Below are positions 17,076 to 27,390 of a stretch of DNA of 64,000 nt, one piece after another. A model generated the notes under the pieces. The model searched no databases. It saw nothing but the letters and a program-made list of their open reading frames with translations, and was not told the DNA's origin. The translations under genes and the position numbers were made by a program. Positions within the stretch are counted from its first letter, which is position 1. The number at the start of each line of letters is the position of its first letter. The stretch lies in the sequence record NC_047838.1; one strand, given 5' to 3'.

Positions 17076-18161
17076 ATGTCTCAGTATAAGAAGACAGCAC
17101 TTGTTCTTGGTGCTGGTGGATTTATTGGAAGTCATATGGTCAAACGCCTACGCGCTGAGGGATATTGGGTGCGCGGTGTGGACCTTAAGGATACTGAGTT
17201 TTCATCGACTCAAGCACATGAATTTGTCACCGGTGATCTACGTGATGTGAGGTTTGTTCGTGAGTGTATCCAGTTCAAAGGATACCCTGGCAACTTTAAT
17301 GCAAACGTACCTTATCAGTATGTTGAACCTTTTGATGAGATCTATCAGTTTGCTGCTGATATGGGTGGAGCAGGATTTGTCTTTACTGGAGAGAATGATG
17401 CAGAGATTATGCATAACTCCTGTACTATTAACTTGAATGTTCTTGAGGAAGTTCGTAAACTGAACGAGACCTTCGATGGTGTTGTAAAAGAATGGACGGA
17501 AGCAAATCGTCCTAAGTTGGATCAACCCACCAAGATCTTCTACTCTGGATCTGCTTGCATGTATCCTGAGTATAATCAACTTGACCCTGATAACCCTGAT
17601 TGCCGTGAAGAATCAGCATACCCAGCAGCACCAGACTCAGAGTATGGGTGGGAGAAACTCTTCAGTGAGCGGTTGTATCTCGCTTATAATAGGAATCATG
17701 GCATTCCTATTTGTATTGCTCGCTACCACAATATCTTCGGACCAGAAGGAACCTGGGAGGGAGGAAGAGAGAAAGCGCCAGCTGCAATCTGCCGCAAGGT
17801 CGCTTATCTCCCGGAGTCGGGTGGAGCAATCGAGGTGTGGGGAGATGGTCTACAGACTCGTTCCTTCCTGTTCATTGATGAATGCATCGAAGCGACTTGG
17901 AGACTAATGCAGTCTGACTTCCAAGGACCTGTGAATATTGGTTCTGAAGAGATGGTTACAATCAATCAACTCGTGGATACCGTTGCTAAAGTTTCTGGTA
18001 AGGATGTGAACAAGATTCATATCGATGGTCCTCTTGGAGTCCGTGGTCGTAACTCTAACAACGATCTGATTCGTGAGAATCTTGGATGGGATTATCAGAT
18101 GACTCTTGAGGAGGGCATCGCTAAAACTTATGCATGGATTGAGGAGCAAACTAAACAGTGA
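17076..18161 (+). CDS. NAD-dependent epimerase, GDP-mannose 3,5-epimerase-like
   Basis: GAGGFIGSH, AADMGGAGF, SGSACMYP, YGWEK, GREKAPAA. Confidence 0.85.
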   Translation: MSQYKKTALVLGAGGFIGSHMVKRLRAEGYWVRGVDLKDTEFSSTQAHEFVTGDLRDVRFVRECIQFKGYPGNFNANVPYQYVEPFDEIYQFAADMGGAGFVFTGENDAEIMHNSCTINLNVLEEVRKLNETFDGVVKEWTEANRPKLDQPTKIFYSGSACMYPEYNQLDPDNPDCREESAYPAAPDSEYGWEKLFSERLYLAYNRNHGIPICIARYHNIFGPEGTWEGGREKAPAAICRKVAYLPESGGAIEVWGDGLQTRSFLFIDECIEATWRLMQSDFQGPVNIGSEEMVTINQLVDTVAKVSGKDVNKIHIDGPLGVRGRNSNNDLIRENLGWDYQMTLEEGIAKTYAWIEEQTKQ

Positions 18162-18964
18162 TTGGATTTAATTATCTTGGCAAACTGGGGCAACTTGGAA
18201 ATCAAATGTTCCAGGTTGCTGCCCTGAAAGGTATTGCTGCCAATCGTGGTTTTAACTTTTGCTTTCCAAACCATGATGAAGTTTTTGATGATGGTATCGG
18301 AAACAAACTGCACATCGAATTGTTCAAACCATTCAAGTTGTCTCGCACCAGTCAACTGAATCTTCAGGCAATTGATCCTGACAGACCTGTAGTTCAGGAG
18401 CAAGGATTTCAATTCAACGAAACTCTGTTTAATGAGTGTCCTGACTGGGTGAGTCTGTATGGATTCTTCCAGACTGAAAAATACTTCAAGCATATTGAAG
18501 ATGAGATCCGTGAGGACTTCTCATTTAAGGATGAGATTGAGGGACCATGTAAGGAGATGATTGAAGCAGTTGAAGAACCGATTGGTCTTCACATTCGTAG
18601 AGGAGATTTTCTTACGAATAACGCTAATCACAACAATCTGACCCTTGAATACTATGCTGAAGCATTAGATAAATTTAAGTCAGATAGAAATGTGATTATT
18701 TTTTCTGATGATACTGAGTGGTGTAAGCAACAGGAACTGTTCTCTGGCGATAGATTCCTTGTCTCAGAAAGTGGCAACCCATATGTTGATCTCTGTCTGA
18801 TGAGCATGTGCTCTGACTTTATTATTGCCAACAGCACGTTCTCCTGGTGGGGTGCATGGTTGGCGAATAGAGGTACAGTCATCGCTCCTAAGAAATGGTT
18901 CGGACCTAATAACGCACACCTAGATACTAGTGACTTATATCCTGAGAGTTGGACTGTGATATGA
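18158..18964 (+). CDS. GT11 alpha-1,2-fucosyltransferase-like
   Basis: GQLGNQMFQ, HIRRGDF, IFSDD, ANSTFSWWGAWL. Confidence 0.9.
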   Translation: MIGFNYLGKLGQLGNQMFQVAALKGIAANRGFNFCFPNHDEVFDDGIGNKLHIELFKPFKLSRTSQLNLQAIDPDRPVVQEQGFQFNETLFNECPDWVSLYGFFQTEKYFKHIEDEIREDFSFKDEIEGPCKEMIEAVEEPIGLHIRRGDFLTNNANHNNLTLEYYAEALDKFKSDRNVIIFSDDTEWCKQQELFSGDRFLVSESGNPYVDLCLMSMCSDFIIANSTFSWWGAWLANRGTVIAPKKWFGPNNAHLDTSDLYPESWTVI

Positions 18965-19677
18965 AACTTGCCGTTGTTTTTATTGGCACAGGTGACTATA
19001 TTAACTTCTTACCTTCATATTATGAGGCATGTGAAGAGTTTCTAGTCCCTAATACTGAGAAGACATACTTTGTTTTTACTGATGGTGACATCGGTGATCC
19101 TCCAGAGAATGTGAAACTGTATGAGCAAGAGCATCTGCCTTGGCCATATATCACTCTGGAGCGTTTTAAGTATATCTTAAAAGCAGAGTCTGACCTAGCA
19201 GAATTTGATTATGTTCTCTTCCTAGATGCAGACACCCGTGTGGTTGAGACTGTGACTGAGGAAGAATTGTTCACCGACAAGAAATATATTGGTGTTCATC
19301 ACCCCTGCCATTTCTTGGGTATGCCACCTCATGACAACCCTCCTGGTGCCTTTGAGACACGCTTTGAATCTGCTGCTGGTATTTCAGGTGATGATGACAC
19401 CTCAATTTACTTCCAGGGGTGTCTGTGGGGAGGTAAGATGCCCTATGTTCTTGATATGATTAGGGAGTTGGCACAGAGAACTCAGTTTGATTTAAATCGT
19501 GATGTCATCGCACAGTGGCATGATGAGAGTCAGATGAATAAATTCTTTTGTGAACGCAGAGAAGACGTTCATGTGATGGGACCAGAATATGCATACCCAG
19601 AATGCTTTGGAGCATACTGCACCTTTGAACCCAAAATCGTGCATCTAGCAAAGGACAATTCAAAGTATCAGCAGTAA
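18961..19677 (+). CDS. GT6 family glycosyltransferase
   Basis: FIGTGDY, WPYITLERF, FLDAD, WHDESQMNK. Confidence 0.85.
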   Translation: MKLAVVFIGTGDYINFLPSYYEACEEFLVPNTEKTYFVFTDGDIGDPPENVKLYEQEHLPWPYITLERFKYILKAESDLAEFDYVLFLDADTRVVETVTEEELFTDKKYIGVHHPCHFLGMPPHDNPPGAFETRFESAAGISGDDDTSIYFQGCLWGGKMPYVLDMIRELAQRTQFDLNRDVIAQWHDESQMNKFFCERREDVHVMGPEYAYPECFGAYCTFEPKIVHLAKDNSKYQQ

Positions 19678-20357
19678 TGTTTAACAGGTATGTAAATAAA
19701 GCAGACTTGCTTATCTACAGTAAGTTTATTTTAGATAATCAGTATCCTGATAGATACAGGATGAAGAACGATCAAGAGCAGCACCTTTATAAGACACCTG
19801 ATTGTTATTCAAAGTGGGCGTCTATCCTGATGATGTTTAATGAGATTAAAAAGGATGGTATAAAGGTTGTCGATCTGGGTGTAGGTGAGGGACCAGTTCC
19901 ACATATTATCTGTGACCAAGGATATGATGTCACAGGTGTTGATAATATGAGAATAGATCATCCATTTAAGACTAGTCTGGTACAGATGATTTTAAGAGAT
20001 GCCATCGAATTTCTTACAGATATTGAGGAAGAATCAGTTGATGTATTTACTGACAGTTGCTCTGTAACTCACTTTGATTTTGGTGGTGGACAAAATCCTG
20101 GATGGAAAAATGTGTTATCTAGTGTGTATCAAAAATTAAAACCAGGTGGATACTTTCTAATCGCTAGTGATTGTCATGCTCTACCTGAGAGAAAAACAAA
20201 CGGAGAGTTTTTGTTAGGAGAGGAAATTGCTGCTACTGCAAAGGAGTGTGGATTTACGTTGACCACAGAGTTTAATAATGATAAGATGGATATAATTTAT
20301 AGAAACGCTGGTCGAGAAACAGACTTATCCGTTGCAACCTTTATGTTAAAAAAATGA
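19677..20357 (+). CDS. class I SAM-dependent methyltransferase
   Basis: VVDLGVGEG motif I; LKPGGY. Confidence 0.8.
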   Translation: MFNRYVNKADLLIYSKFILDNQYPDRYRMKNDQEQHLYKTPDCYSKWASILMMFNEIKKDGIKVVDLGVGEGPVPHIICDQGYDVTGVDNMRIDHPFKTSLVQMILRDAIEFLTDIEEESVDVFTDSCSVTHFDFGGGQNPGWKNVLSSVYQKLKPGGYFLIASDCHALPERKTNGEFLLGEEIAATAKECGFTLTTEFNNDKMDIIYRNAGRETDLSVATFMLKK

Positions 20358-20890
20358 TTAAACTTGTTATTCTTGATGTCGATGGTGTAATGACTGACGG
20401 CAAGAAGTATTATGATCGTGACGGTAATGTCGTGATGAAAAACTTCTGTGATAAAGACTGGACTGCAGTCAAACGCTTTCGTGCGATTGGAATCCCTGTT
20501 GTATTTTTGACAGGCGACCCCTTCAACGCCAAAATTCTAAGTAATAGAAACTTACCATACGTTGTCAATCGTGGTGAAGGATTTCATAGAGATAAGGTAA
20601 ATTTCCTTGATGAGATTCTTCTTGACTACAATTGTGGAGCAGAGGATGTTGTTTATCTGGGTGACGATCTGTTTGATTATGGTATAATGGAGGCAGTAGG
20701 ACACCCTTACTCCATGGCAGACTCTCCTGCTATGCTTCAGAACATTTCTGTGCCTCTTGCCTGCAAGGGTGGAGAGAATGCTATCATGTATCTGTACGAA
20801 GATCTGGAGGAACTGGAGATTATTCCTCGTATTCCTTATGATGTTGTCATGGAAAAAATCTACGAACTTGATTTGAAGGAAAAATTCTGA
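20354..20890 (+). CDS. KdsC-like HAD phosphatase
   Basis: ILDVDGVMTDG, LTG, YLGDDLFD. Confidence 0.8.
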   Translation: MIKLVILDVDGVMTDGKKYYDRDGNVVMKNFCDKDWTAVKRFRAIGIPVVFLTGDPFNAKILSNRNLPYVVNRGEGFHRDKVNFLDEILLDYNCGAEDVVYLGDDLFDYGIMEAVGHPYSMADSPAMLQNISVPLACKGGENAIMYLYEDLEELEIIPRIPYDVVMEKIYELDLKEKF

Positions 20891-21561
20891 TGAAAGATAT
20901 TTCTCTTTATGGTCACTTGACGATTGATACGATTGTCGATGGTGTTAAAGAAAGAAAGACTCTGGGTTCTATGGCAAACGTCTGGAAAGCGTTGCTAGAA
21001 CTAGATGCGACCCTTGATATTGGTCTCTCACCTATTGATGTGGGTCAAGCGTTGATCTATATCGATAAACCTGCTGCTCAACGGTACTCAAAGGTGCAGT
21101 TGAGTCTGGTAGAACATCAGGCAAAGATCTACTCATCGAAGATTCATCACCTGATTTACCTTAATGAGTTGACTCGGACTGATTTCATCCCTGCTCTGGA
21201 CGGTATTATCACCGCAGACATCTGTCCTGGTAGGTCTGTCAATAAAGAGTTACTCAAGCATGTAGACTATCTGTTTATTTCTGATGAGGATATTGATGGT
21301 GACTTGTCTGACTACACAGAGGTAACAAGAGGATGGGTAATTCTGCATAGTGCCTCTGGTAGTGTGGTCTCAAACGGTGAGAAGGAGTTTTTCTACAAGT
21401 TGCCAGAGGATTTGATGCTCAGGGATGTGAATGTCCTTGGTGCAGGTGATACATTTGCCTCTTGTTTCTTGCATAAATTACTACAGAATGAAGGAGATAT
21501 CCACAACTGGATTGAATTTGCTCATTTAAAGACGACTGAAATCATTAGGAATTCAATATGA
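20890..21561 (+). CDS. PfkB family sugar kinase
   Basis: NVLGAGDTFASCF anion-hole motif. Confidence 0.75.
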   Translation: MKDISLYGHLTIDTIVDGVKERKTLGSMANVWKALLELDATLDIGLSPIDVGQALIYIDKPAAQRYSKVQLSLVEHQAKIYSSKIHHLIYLNELTRTDFIPALDGIITADICPGRSVNKELLKHVDYLFISDEDIDGDLSDYTEVTRGWVILHSASGSVVSNGEKEFFYKLPEDLMLRDVNVLGAGDTFASCFLHKLLQNEGDIHNWIEFAHLKTTEIIRNSI

Positions 21562-22715
21562 AACCAAATATCCTTGTCCCTATGGCAGGACTTGGGAGCC
21601 GCTTCATCAAAGAAGGGTTCAAGGTTCCCAAGCAGTTAATTAATATCAAAGATAAACATCTGATTGACATCTCTCTTGATTGTTTGGATTATGAGGGATG
21701 CAATCTTATTTTTGTGGTTCGTGATGAGACAGTCTATAATCACCACATGGACGAACTTCTGCGTAAGAAGTTTGGTGACGACATCAAAGTAGTTATTCTC
21801 GATAAACTAACAGATGGATCGGTTTCTAGTTGTCTTTACGCCGAAGAATATATTGACAACGATGCTCCTCTTATTATTCATACTCTGGATATTGAGTTTA
21901 GACCCGTTTTTAATCCTCATGTTATGACAGAGATGGATGCTGATGGACTGATCCTCACATTCAAATCAAACTCTGCAAACTACAGTTATGCTAAGGTCGG
22001 TGACGATGGATTTGTCACGGAGACTGCAGAGAAGAAAGCAATTAGCAATAATGCCTGTGTAGGAATCTATGGATTCAAGAAAGGATCTGACTTCTGCAAG
22101 TATGCACGAGACATGATCAACCGTGACCTACGCACTAAGAATGAGTTTTATATCTCTCCACTTTACAATCTTTTGATTGAAGACAACAAACAGATCAAGA
22201 CACGATCTGTAGATAAAATGCATGTCTTTGGAACTCCTGATGAATATCACTTCTACAAAGATAATGTCACTCGTCGTATTGGTGATAAACCTATTGCCAT
22301 TTGTTCTGATCATTCTGGCTTTGAGGCAAAAGAAATCTTCAAAGAAGTTCTAGACAAGCATGGTCTGGAGTATATTGACTTTGGAACTGTGTTGAATCGT
22401 GATTGTGACTACCGTGATTACATCGCATCAGCAGTCAAATCTATCGGTGAGCGTGATTGTGACTATGGATTTGGGTTTTGTCGCACAGGTCAAGGTGTGA
22501 ATATCTGTGCAAACAAGTACAAAGGTATTAGATCTGCTCTGATTTATGATAATTTTGCTATGGAAATGTCAATCCGACACAACTGTGCAAACTTTTTTGC
22601 TATCCCAGCAAAGGATGCAGACTATGATGTATTAGATAAGTATCTTGAGATCTGTTCCTCCAATACCTTTGATGGTGGTCGTCATCAGATTCGTATTCAG
22701 GAGTTGGAGAAGTGA
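21558..22715 (+). CDS. sugar-phosphate nucleotidyltransferase fused to an RpiB-family isomerase
   Basis: N-terminal VPMAGLGSRF...FGTPDE; C-terminal (from about 22290) SDHSG, FCRTGQG, ANKYKGIR, RHNCAN, GGRH. Confidence 0.85.
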   Translation: MKPNILVPMAGLGSRFIKEGFKVPKQLINIKDKHLIDISLDCLDYEGCNLIFVVRDETVYNHHMDELLRKKFGDDIKVVILDKLTDGSVSSCLYAEEYIDNDAPLIIHTLDIEFRPVFNPHVMTEMDADGLILTFKSNSANYSYAKVGDDGFVTETAEKKAISNNACVGIYGFKKGSDFCKYARDMINRDLRTKNEFYISPLYNLLIEDNKQIKTRSVDKMHVFGTPDEYHFYKDNVTRRIGDKPIAICSDHSGFEAKEIFKEVLDKHGLEYIDFGTVLNRDCDYRDYIASAVKSIGERDCDYGFGFCRTGQGVNICANKYKGIRSALIYDNFAMEMSIRHNCANFFAIPAKDADYDVLDKYLEICSSNTFDGGRHQIRIQELEK

Positions 22716-23032
22716 TTGAAGCAAATATTCAAGACTTTCATGGGGGATGGTTCGTAGGAGACTTCGATCCATCCCTTTTCAAGAACCCATTTTTTGAGGT
22801 TGCACACCATAAACATGAGAAAGGATGTGAAACATTCCCTCATTTTCACAAAGTCACTAATGAGTTGAACTATATTGTGAGTGGTGAACTCATGGTTTCT
22901 GGTAAACATTTGAAAGCAGGAGACATGTGGATCTATGAACCGAATGAAGTCTCTGATGTTGAGTTCCTTGAGGACTCTGAATTGATTATTGTAAGGTGGC
23001 CATCTATTCCCTCTGATAAGTATCCAGCATGA
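22712..23032 (+). CDS. cupin-domain protein
   Basis: GGWFVGDFDP...HFHKVTNELNYIVSG. Confidence 0.75.
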   Translation: MIEANIQDFHGGWFVGDFDPSLFKNPFFEVAHHKHEKGCETFPHFHKVTNELNYIVSGELMVSGKHLKAGDMWIYEPNEVSDVEFLEDSELIIVRWPSIPSDKYPA

Positions 23033-23781
23033 AACTAGCACTTTGTTTTTCGGGGCAACCCAGGTTCACAGAGGAGTGTTCTGGTAGCATTCTTGCTAAT
23101 GTTATCCAAAATCATGACGTTGATGTCTTCGCACACCTGTGGTTTGACGAAGATTTGCAGACAAAACCCTATAAATTTGGTGGAACTGGTGCATGGGAGG
23201 CACAGAGAATCCAAGAGAATGCTATTGAGACCTTCCAAAAGATCTACCAACCTGTCAGTCTGGCAGTAGAAAAGAGCAAATTCTTTGGTGATCCTGACCT
23301 TGATGCTGACTTTGAGGCATCAGAAGCAAAGTATTGGCCAGGTGGTATTGAAGAGCAACCAGACTTTCAGAAGAGACAAATCAACAACAGTCTCTCATAT
23401 TTCTACAGTCTCTGTGAGGCAAATAGATTAAGAAAACTGTATGAATATGATAATAAGATAAAATATGATTATGTAATTAGATGTAGAACCGATAGCGTGG
23501 TGCAAGTTCCCATCCCATATGAGAAATTTGACCCTAATGCAATCCATTTTACGTCACTTCAAGCACCTCCACCGTTCCTGAATGACTGGTTTAACTTCGG
23601 TGGACCCGAAGCGATGGAGTCATTTATGGGTGTATTCCCTCTCCTTCGCAGTTTGATCCGCTCAACTAAGGAGAGACGTGAGGGAACATGGTGCATCGAA
23701 CTAATTCATGTGGAGTTGCTAGATAGAATGGGCATCCCCATGCAGAGGCATCCAATCCCCGTCACACTTCCAAGATTCTGA
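23029..23781 (+). CDS. putative glycosyltransferase (paralog of 27869)
   Basis: ALCFSGQPRF, YDYVIRCRTD, DWF motifs. Confidence 0.6.
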   Translation: MKLALCFSGQPRFTEECSGSILANVIQNHDVDVFAHLWFDEDLQTKPYKFGGTGAWEAQRIQENAIETFQKIYQPVSLAVEKSKFFGDPDLDADFEASEAKYWPGGIEEQPDFQKRQINNSLSYFYSLCEANRLRKLYEYDNKIKYDYVIRCRTDSVVQVPIPYEKFDPNAIHFTSLQAPPPFLNDWFNFGGPEAMESFMGVFPLLRSLIRSTKERREGTWCIELIHVELLDRMGIPMQRHPIPVTLPRF

Positions 23782-23782
23782 T

Positions 23783-25357
23783 ATGAAAGTTGTAATTCCC
23801 ATGTCTGGGATGAGTCGTAGATTCTCAGTAGCAGGTTATAAAGATCCAAAATACCTTTTAGAGATTGATGGCATGACTGTCATCGAACATATTGTCAATC
23901 TGTATCCAAAAGACTCAGAGTTTGTATTCATTATTAATGACAAACATGAGAAAGAGACTGAAGTAGTTGAAGTTTTGAACCGTATTACAGATGATCCGAC
24001 CATCATTACCATCAATCAACATAAGAAAGGACCAGTTCATACGGTATTAGAGGCAGAGAGATTTATCGATGATGATGAACCTGTCATCGTTAATTACTGT
24101 GACTTCTCTATGAAGTGGGACTACGATGACTTTGTTTCTCACGTCGAAGACACCGAGTGTGATGGGTCTGTGATCTCATATACTGGATTCCACCCTCACA
24201 TGCTGGGTAGTGATAACTATGCTTTCTGTAGATTAAGAGAAGGATCATATCAGATCGAAGAGATTAGAGAGAAGCAACCATTTACTGACAACAAGATGTC
24301 AGAGTATGCCTCTACTGGCACTTACTATTTCAAGAAAGGTAAGTATATCAAGCATTATTTTCAGCAATTGATTGATGAAGAAATCAGTTGTAAGGATGAA
24401 TATTATGTCAGTCTTGTTTACAACTTGATGATTAAGGATGGACTTTATAACACCGTATATGAGGTCCCAAACATGCTTCAGTGGGGAACACCACTAGATG
24501 TGAAGATGTATCAGCAGTGGTCAAATTACTATGCTGACAATATGAATGGCATCAAACTTCTTAAAATTAAGGGATGCACCACCGTCATTCCCATGGCAGG
24601 TGCAGGTAGTAGATTCTCAAAAGAAGGATACGGAGTTCCCAAACCATTTCTTGAAGTGAATGGTGGATATATGATCAATCAGGCACTCCGATGCCTTCCT
24701 GAAACTGATAATAAGATCTTTGCATGTCTCAGATCTCATATGAGTATGCTGCCCCTAGAGGACTTTGAAAACGTTGTTTGGATTGATGAGGTCACAGAGG
24801 GACAAGCTTGCACCACAGAATTATTGGTTGACAAAGTGAACGAGGGTGATTCAATTCTACTCTCTGCATGTGATAATGGTGCTCTCTATGACTCAGATAA
24901 GTTTGCAGACCTTATTGAGAATGTTGAGAATGATATTGTAGTCTGGAGTTATAGAAATAATTACACAGCACACCACAATCCCAACATGTATTCGTGGTTA
25001 GATGTGGATGATGATGGAAATGTTAACAAGGTAAATGTCAAGAAATTCCCATATGGATCAAACCCTGTAGATGAATATGCTATAGTAGGGACTATGTTCT
25101 TTAGAAATAAAGAAGTTTATAAAAAATCTCTTGAACGACTGTATGAAATCGATGAGAGAGTTAACGGTGAGTTCTATGTAGATACACTATTGAACACCGC
25201 AATAGAACTTGGATACAAGGTCAAGAATTTTGAGATTGATCACTATATTTGTTGGGGAACACCTAACGATTTAAAGACTTATAGATACTGGCAAAGATTT
25301 TTTACATCTGTAGATTGGCACCCTTATGACTACTATAAAGATTTCTTCACAGATTAG
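23783..25357 (+). CDS. tandem double sugar-phosphate nucleotidyltransferase
   Basis: Two domains, IPMSGMSRRF..WGTPLD and (from about 24578) IPMAGAGSRF..WGTPND. Confidence 0.8.
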   Translation: MKVVIPMSGMSRRFSVAGYKDPKYLLEIDGMTVIEHIVNLYPKDSEFVFIINDKHEKETEVVEVLNRITDDPTIITINQHKKGPVHTVLEAERFIDDDEPVIVNYCDFSMKWDYDDFVSHVEDTECDGSVISYTGFHPHMLGSDNYAFCRLREGSYQIEEIREKQPFTDNKMSEYASTGTYYFKKGKYIKHYFQQLIDEEISCKDEYYVSLVYNLMIKDGLYNTVYEVPNMLQWGTPLDVKMYQQWSNYYADNMNGIKLLKIKGCTTVIPMAGAGSRFSKEGYGVPKPFLEVNGGYMINQALRCLPETDNKIFACLRSHMSMLPLEDFENVVWIDEVTEGQACTTELLVDKVNEGDSILLSACDNGALYDSDKFADLIENVENDIVVWSYRNNYTAHHNPNMYSWLDVDDDGNVNKVNVKKFPYGSNPVDEYAIVGTMFFRNKEVYKKSLERLYEIDERVNGEFYVDTLLNTAIELGYKVKNFEIDHYICWGTPNDLKTYRYWQRFFTSVDWHPYDYYKDFFTD

Positions 25358-26438
25358 ATACTGGGACCAAAGTCCAACTAGAAGAATCACACCTACGGAC
25401 AGGAATGGTAGGACAATTGAGGTAGCATATTTTCATCTCGCTCAATTCACAGGATATTCTAAACATTATCCTCTTCCACTTCTTTACTCTTATAAGAATA
25501 AAAAACTCTCTCTACCTTTGAGAGAAAAGTTCATGTCTTTGGACAGAGGAACAGTCTATGAAGCAAGTGATATGTTTTTTGAGGATGAACTTCCTGAGGT
25601 GCAAAAGACAGTAGACATTCCCGTGTTTTACTTCGTGTATAACATGGCAAACTATTACCATTTTATCTACGATACACTGCCATATCTGTACTCTTACTTT
25701 AATGAGAAGAAGATTCACCCTGACATGAAACTCCTTGTCAGTCCGCCTGAGGGTCAGGATGATCTGTATCCTTTCGTATGGGACTCTTTGAACATGCTGG
25801 GGATTACGAAAGATGATGTGGTGTTTCTTGACCCAGAAGTGATGTATAACCGTGTATGTGTGTCATCTTCTCTGACACATAATGGTCTCTCTAACTGTCC
25901 ACCCCATGACGGTGTGTTTGAGATTTTGAATAGTTTGAAGAGTGACTATATTGGTCCAGAAAAGATTTATATCTCACGTCGCACCTGGGTTCACAATAAA
26001 AAAGACAACATCGGAACGGACTATACAGAACGTCGTCGCTGTGTAAATGAAGATCAGATGGCACAGATCTTTAAACTGTATGGATTTAAAGAAATTTTCT
26101 GTGAGAACTTGACAATGGAGGAGAAGATTGGTATGTTTAGGACTGCAAAATATGTCGCAGGTCCTATAGGTGGTGGGATGTGCAATCTTATTTTCTCTCC
26201 TTCAGAGACCAAAGTTATGTCAATCAATAGTCCTACATTCATGGATGTGAACTTGAGATTCGCATACTCTATGGTTCATACCGATCTCTTTAACTTTGAA
26301 CATACAGAGTTTGTGGATAGGCAGGAGGAGAGTGTTGAGAGTGAGGGATCTCTATCTATTACTGGGGGTCTTAATTCACCTTGGCAAGTTGATCTAAATA
26401 AACTATCCAAAATTCTTGATAAATGGATTCAATCATAG
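25326..26438 (+). CDS. GT61/DUF563-like glycosyltransferase
   Basis: NYYHF, IYISRR, RRCVNE, GPIGGGMCNLIF. Confidence 0.75.
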   Translation: MTTIKISSQIRYWDQSPTRRITPTDRNGRTIEVAYFHLAQFTGYSKHYPLPLLYSYKNKKLSLPLREKFMSLDRGTVYEASDMFFEDELPEVQKTVDIPVFYFVYNMANYYHFIYDTLPYLYSYFNEKKIHPDMKLLVSPPEGQDDLYPFVWDSLNMLGITKDDVVFLDPEVMYNRVCVSSSLTHNGLSNCPPHDGVFEILNSLKSDYIGPEKIYISRRTWVHNKKDNIGTDYTERRRCVNEDQMAQIFKLYGFKEIFCENLTMEEKIGMFRTAKYVAGPIGGGMCNLIFSPSETKVMSINSPTFMDVNLRFAYSMVHTDLFNFEHTEFVDRQEESVESEGSLSITGGLNSPWQVDLNKLSKILDKWIQS

Positions 26439-27085
26439 AGTTAGCAAGGACGTTAGGTCCATATGCTATATGCGGGGAGGGTAACGTCTCCGTGAAGGAT
26501 GATGACTGTTTCTGGGTGAAAGCAAGTGGTACATCACTTGACACTCTTGAGAAGAAAGATCTTGTCGCGTGCAAGATGAGTGGTGTGCCTTTTGATTCTC
26601 TGGGCATCAAACCAAGTATTGAAACTTCTTTTCATGCATGGTTGCAGCGTGAGTTTGATGCTATCAAGTATGTGGCACACACTCATCCTCCCAAGACGAT
26701 GCAGGTTGTGTGTTCAGAGCAGATTTACTCGTTTGCTGAGCATAGATTGTTTCCTGATCAGGTGGTGAGGAACGGTGCAAAGTCTTGCGTCGTGCCATAT
26801 GCCATGCCAGGTAAACCACTTTTAGAAGAAATTAAGAAGAGTGTTCTTGCATTTATAGAGGTTGAGGAATATTTTCCTAAATTGATCTTACTGCAGAATC
26901 ATGGTATAATTGTAGCGTCTACCTCACACAAAGAGTGTATTGCATCTACTCTGATGTGTGAAAAATCTGCAGAGATCTTTATTGGTGCAAAGGTTCTGGG
27001 TCAAACTAGATTCCTTTCTGCTGAAGAGGTTGAAGAAATTGACAAGTGTCCAAGCGAAGAAAGAAGGAGAATGATGTATCGATGA
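26423..27085 (+). CDS. class II aldolase/adducin family protein
   Basis: GEGNVS, PSIETSFH, AHTHP, LQNHG. Confidence 0.88.
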   Translation: MDSIIELARTLGPYAICGEGNVSVKDDDCFWVKASGTSLDTLEKKDLVACKMSGVPFDSLGIKPSIETSFHAWLQREFDAIKYVAHTHPPKTMQVVCSEQIYSFAEHRLFPDQVVRNGAKSCVVPYAMPGKPLLEEIKKSVLAFIEVEEYFPKLILLQNHGIIVASTSHKECIASTLMCEKSAEIFIGAKVLGQTRFLSAEEVEEIDKCPSEERRRMMYR

Positions 27086-27390
27086 TAATCTACGTTGATA
27101 TTGACGAGACCATTTGTCATAGAGAAACTTCTACTGACTTTGGAGTGACGCATGACTATACGAAAGCAAAACCCATTCAAGAAAACATAGATAAGATTAA
27201 TAAGTTGTATGATGATGGTCATACAATTGTCTATTGGACTGCACGAGGCAGTAGAAAACAGATTGACTGGACTGAACTTACTAAGAATCAATTGGAAGAG
27301 TGGGGTGCCAAGTATAATGAACTGAGAACTGACAAACCTTTCTATGATCTTTTTGTTGAAGATAAATCATGTGTGATCGAACAACTTTAA
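27082..27390 (+). CDS. small HAD-like phosphatase (capsule biosynthesis type)
   Basis: YVDIDETIC, WTARG, KPFYDLFVEDK; start at 27082. Confidence 0.75.
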   Translation: MIIYVDIDETICHRETSTDFGVTHDYTKAKPIQENIDKINKLYDDGHTIVYWTARGSRKQIDWTELTKNQLEEWGAKYNELRTDKPFYDLFVEDKSCVIEQL

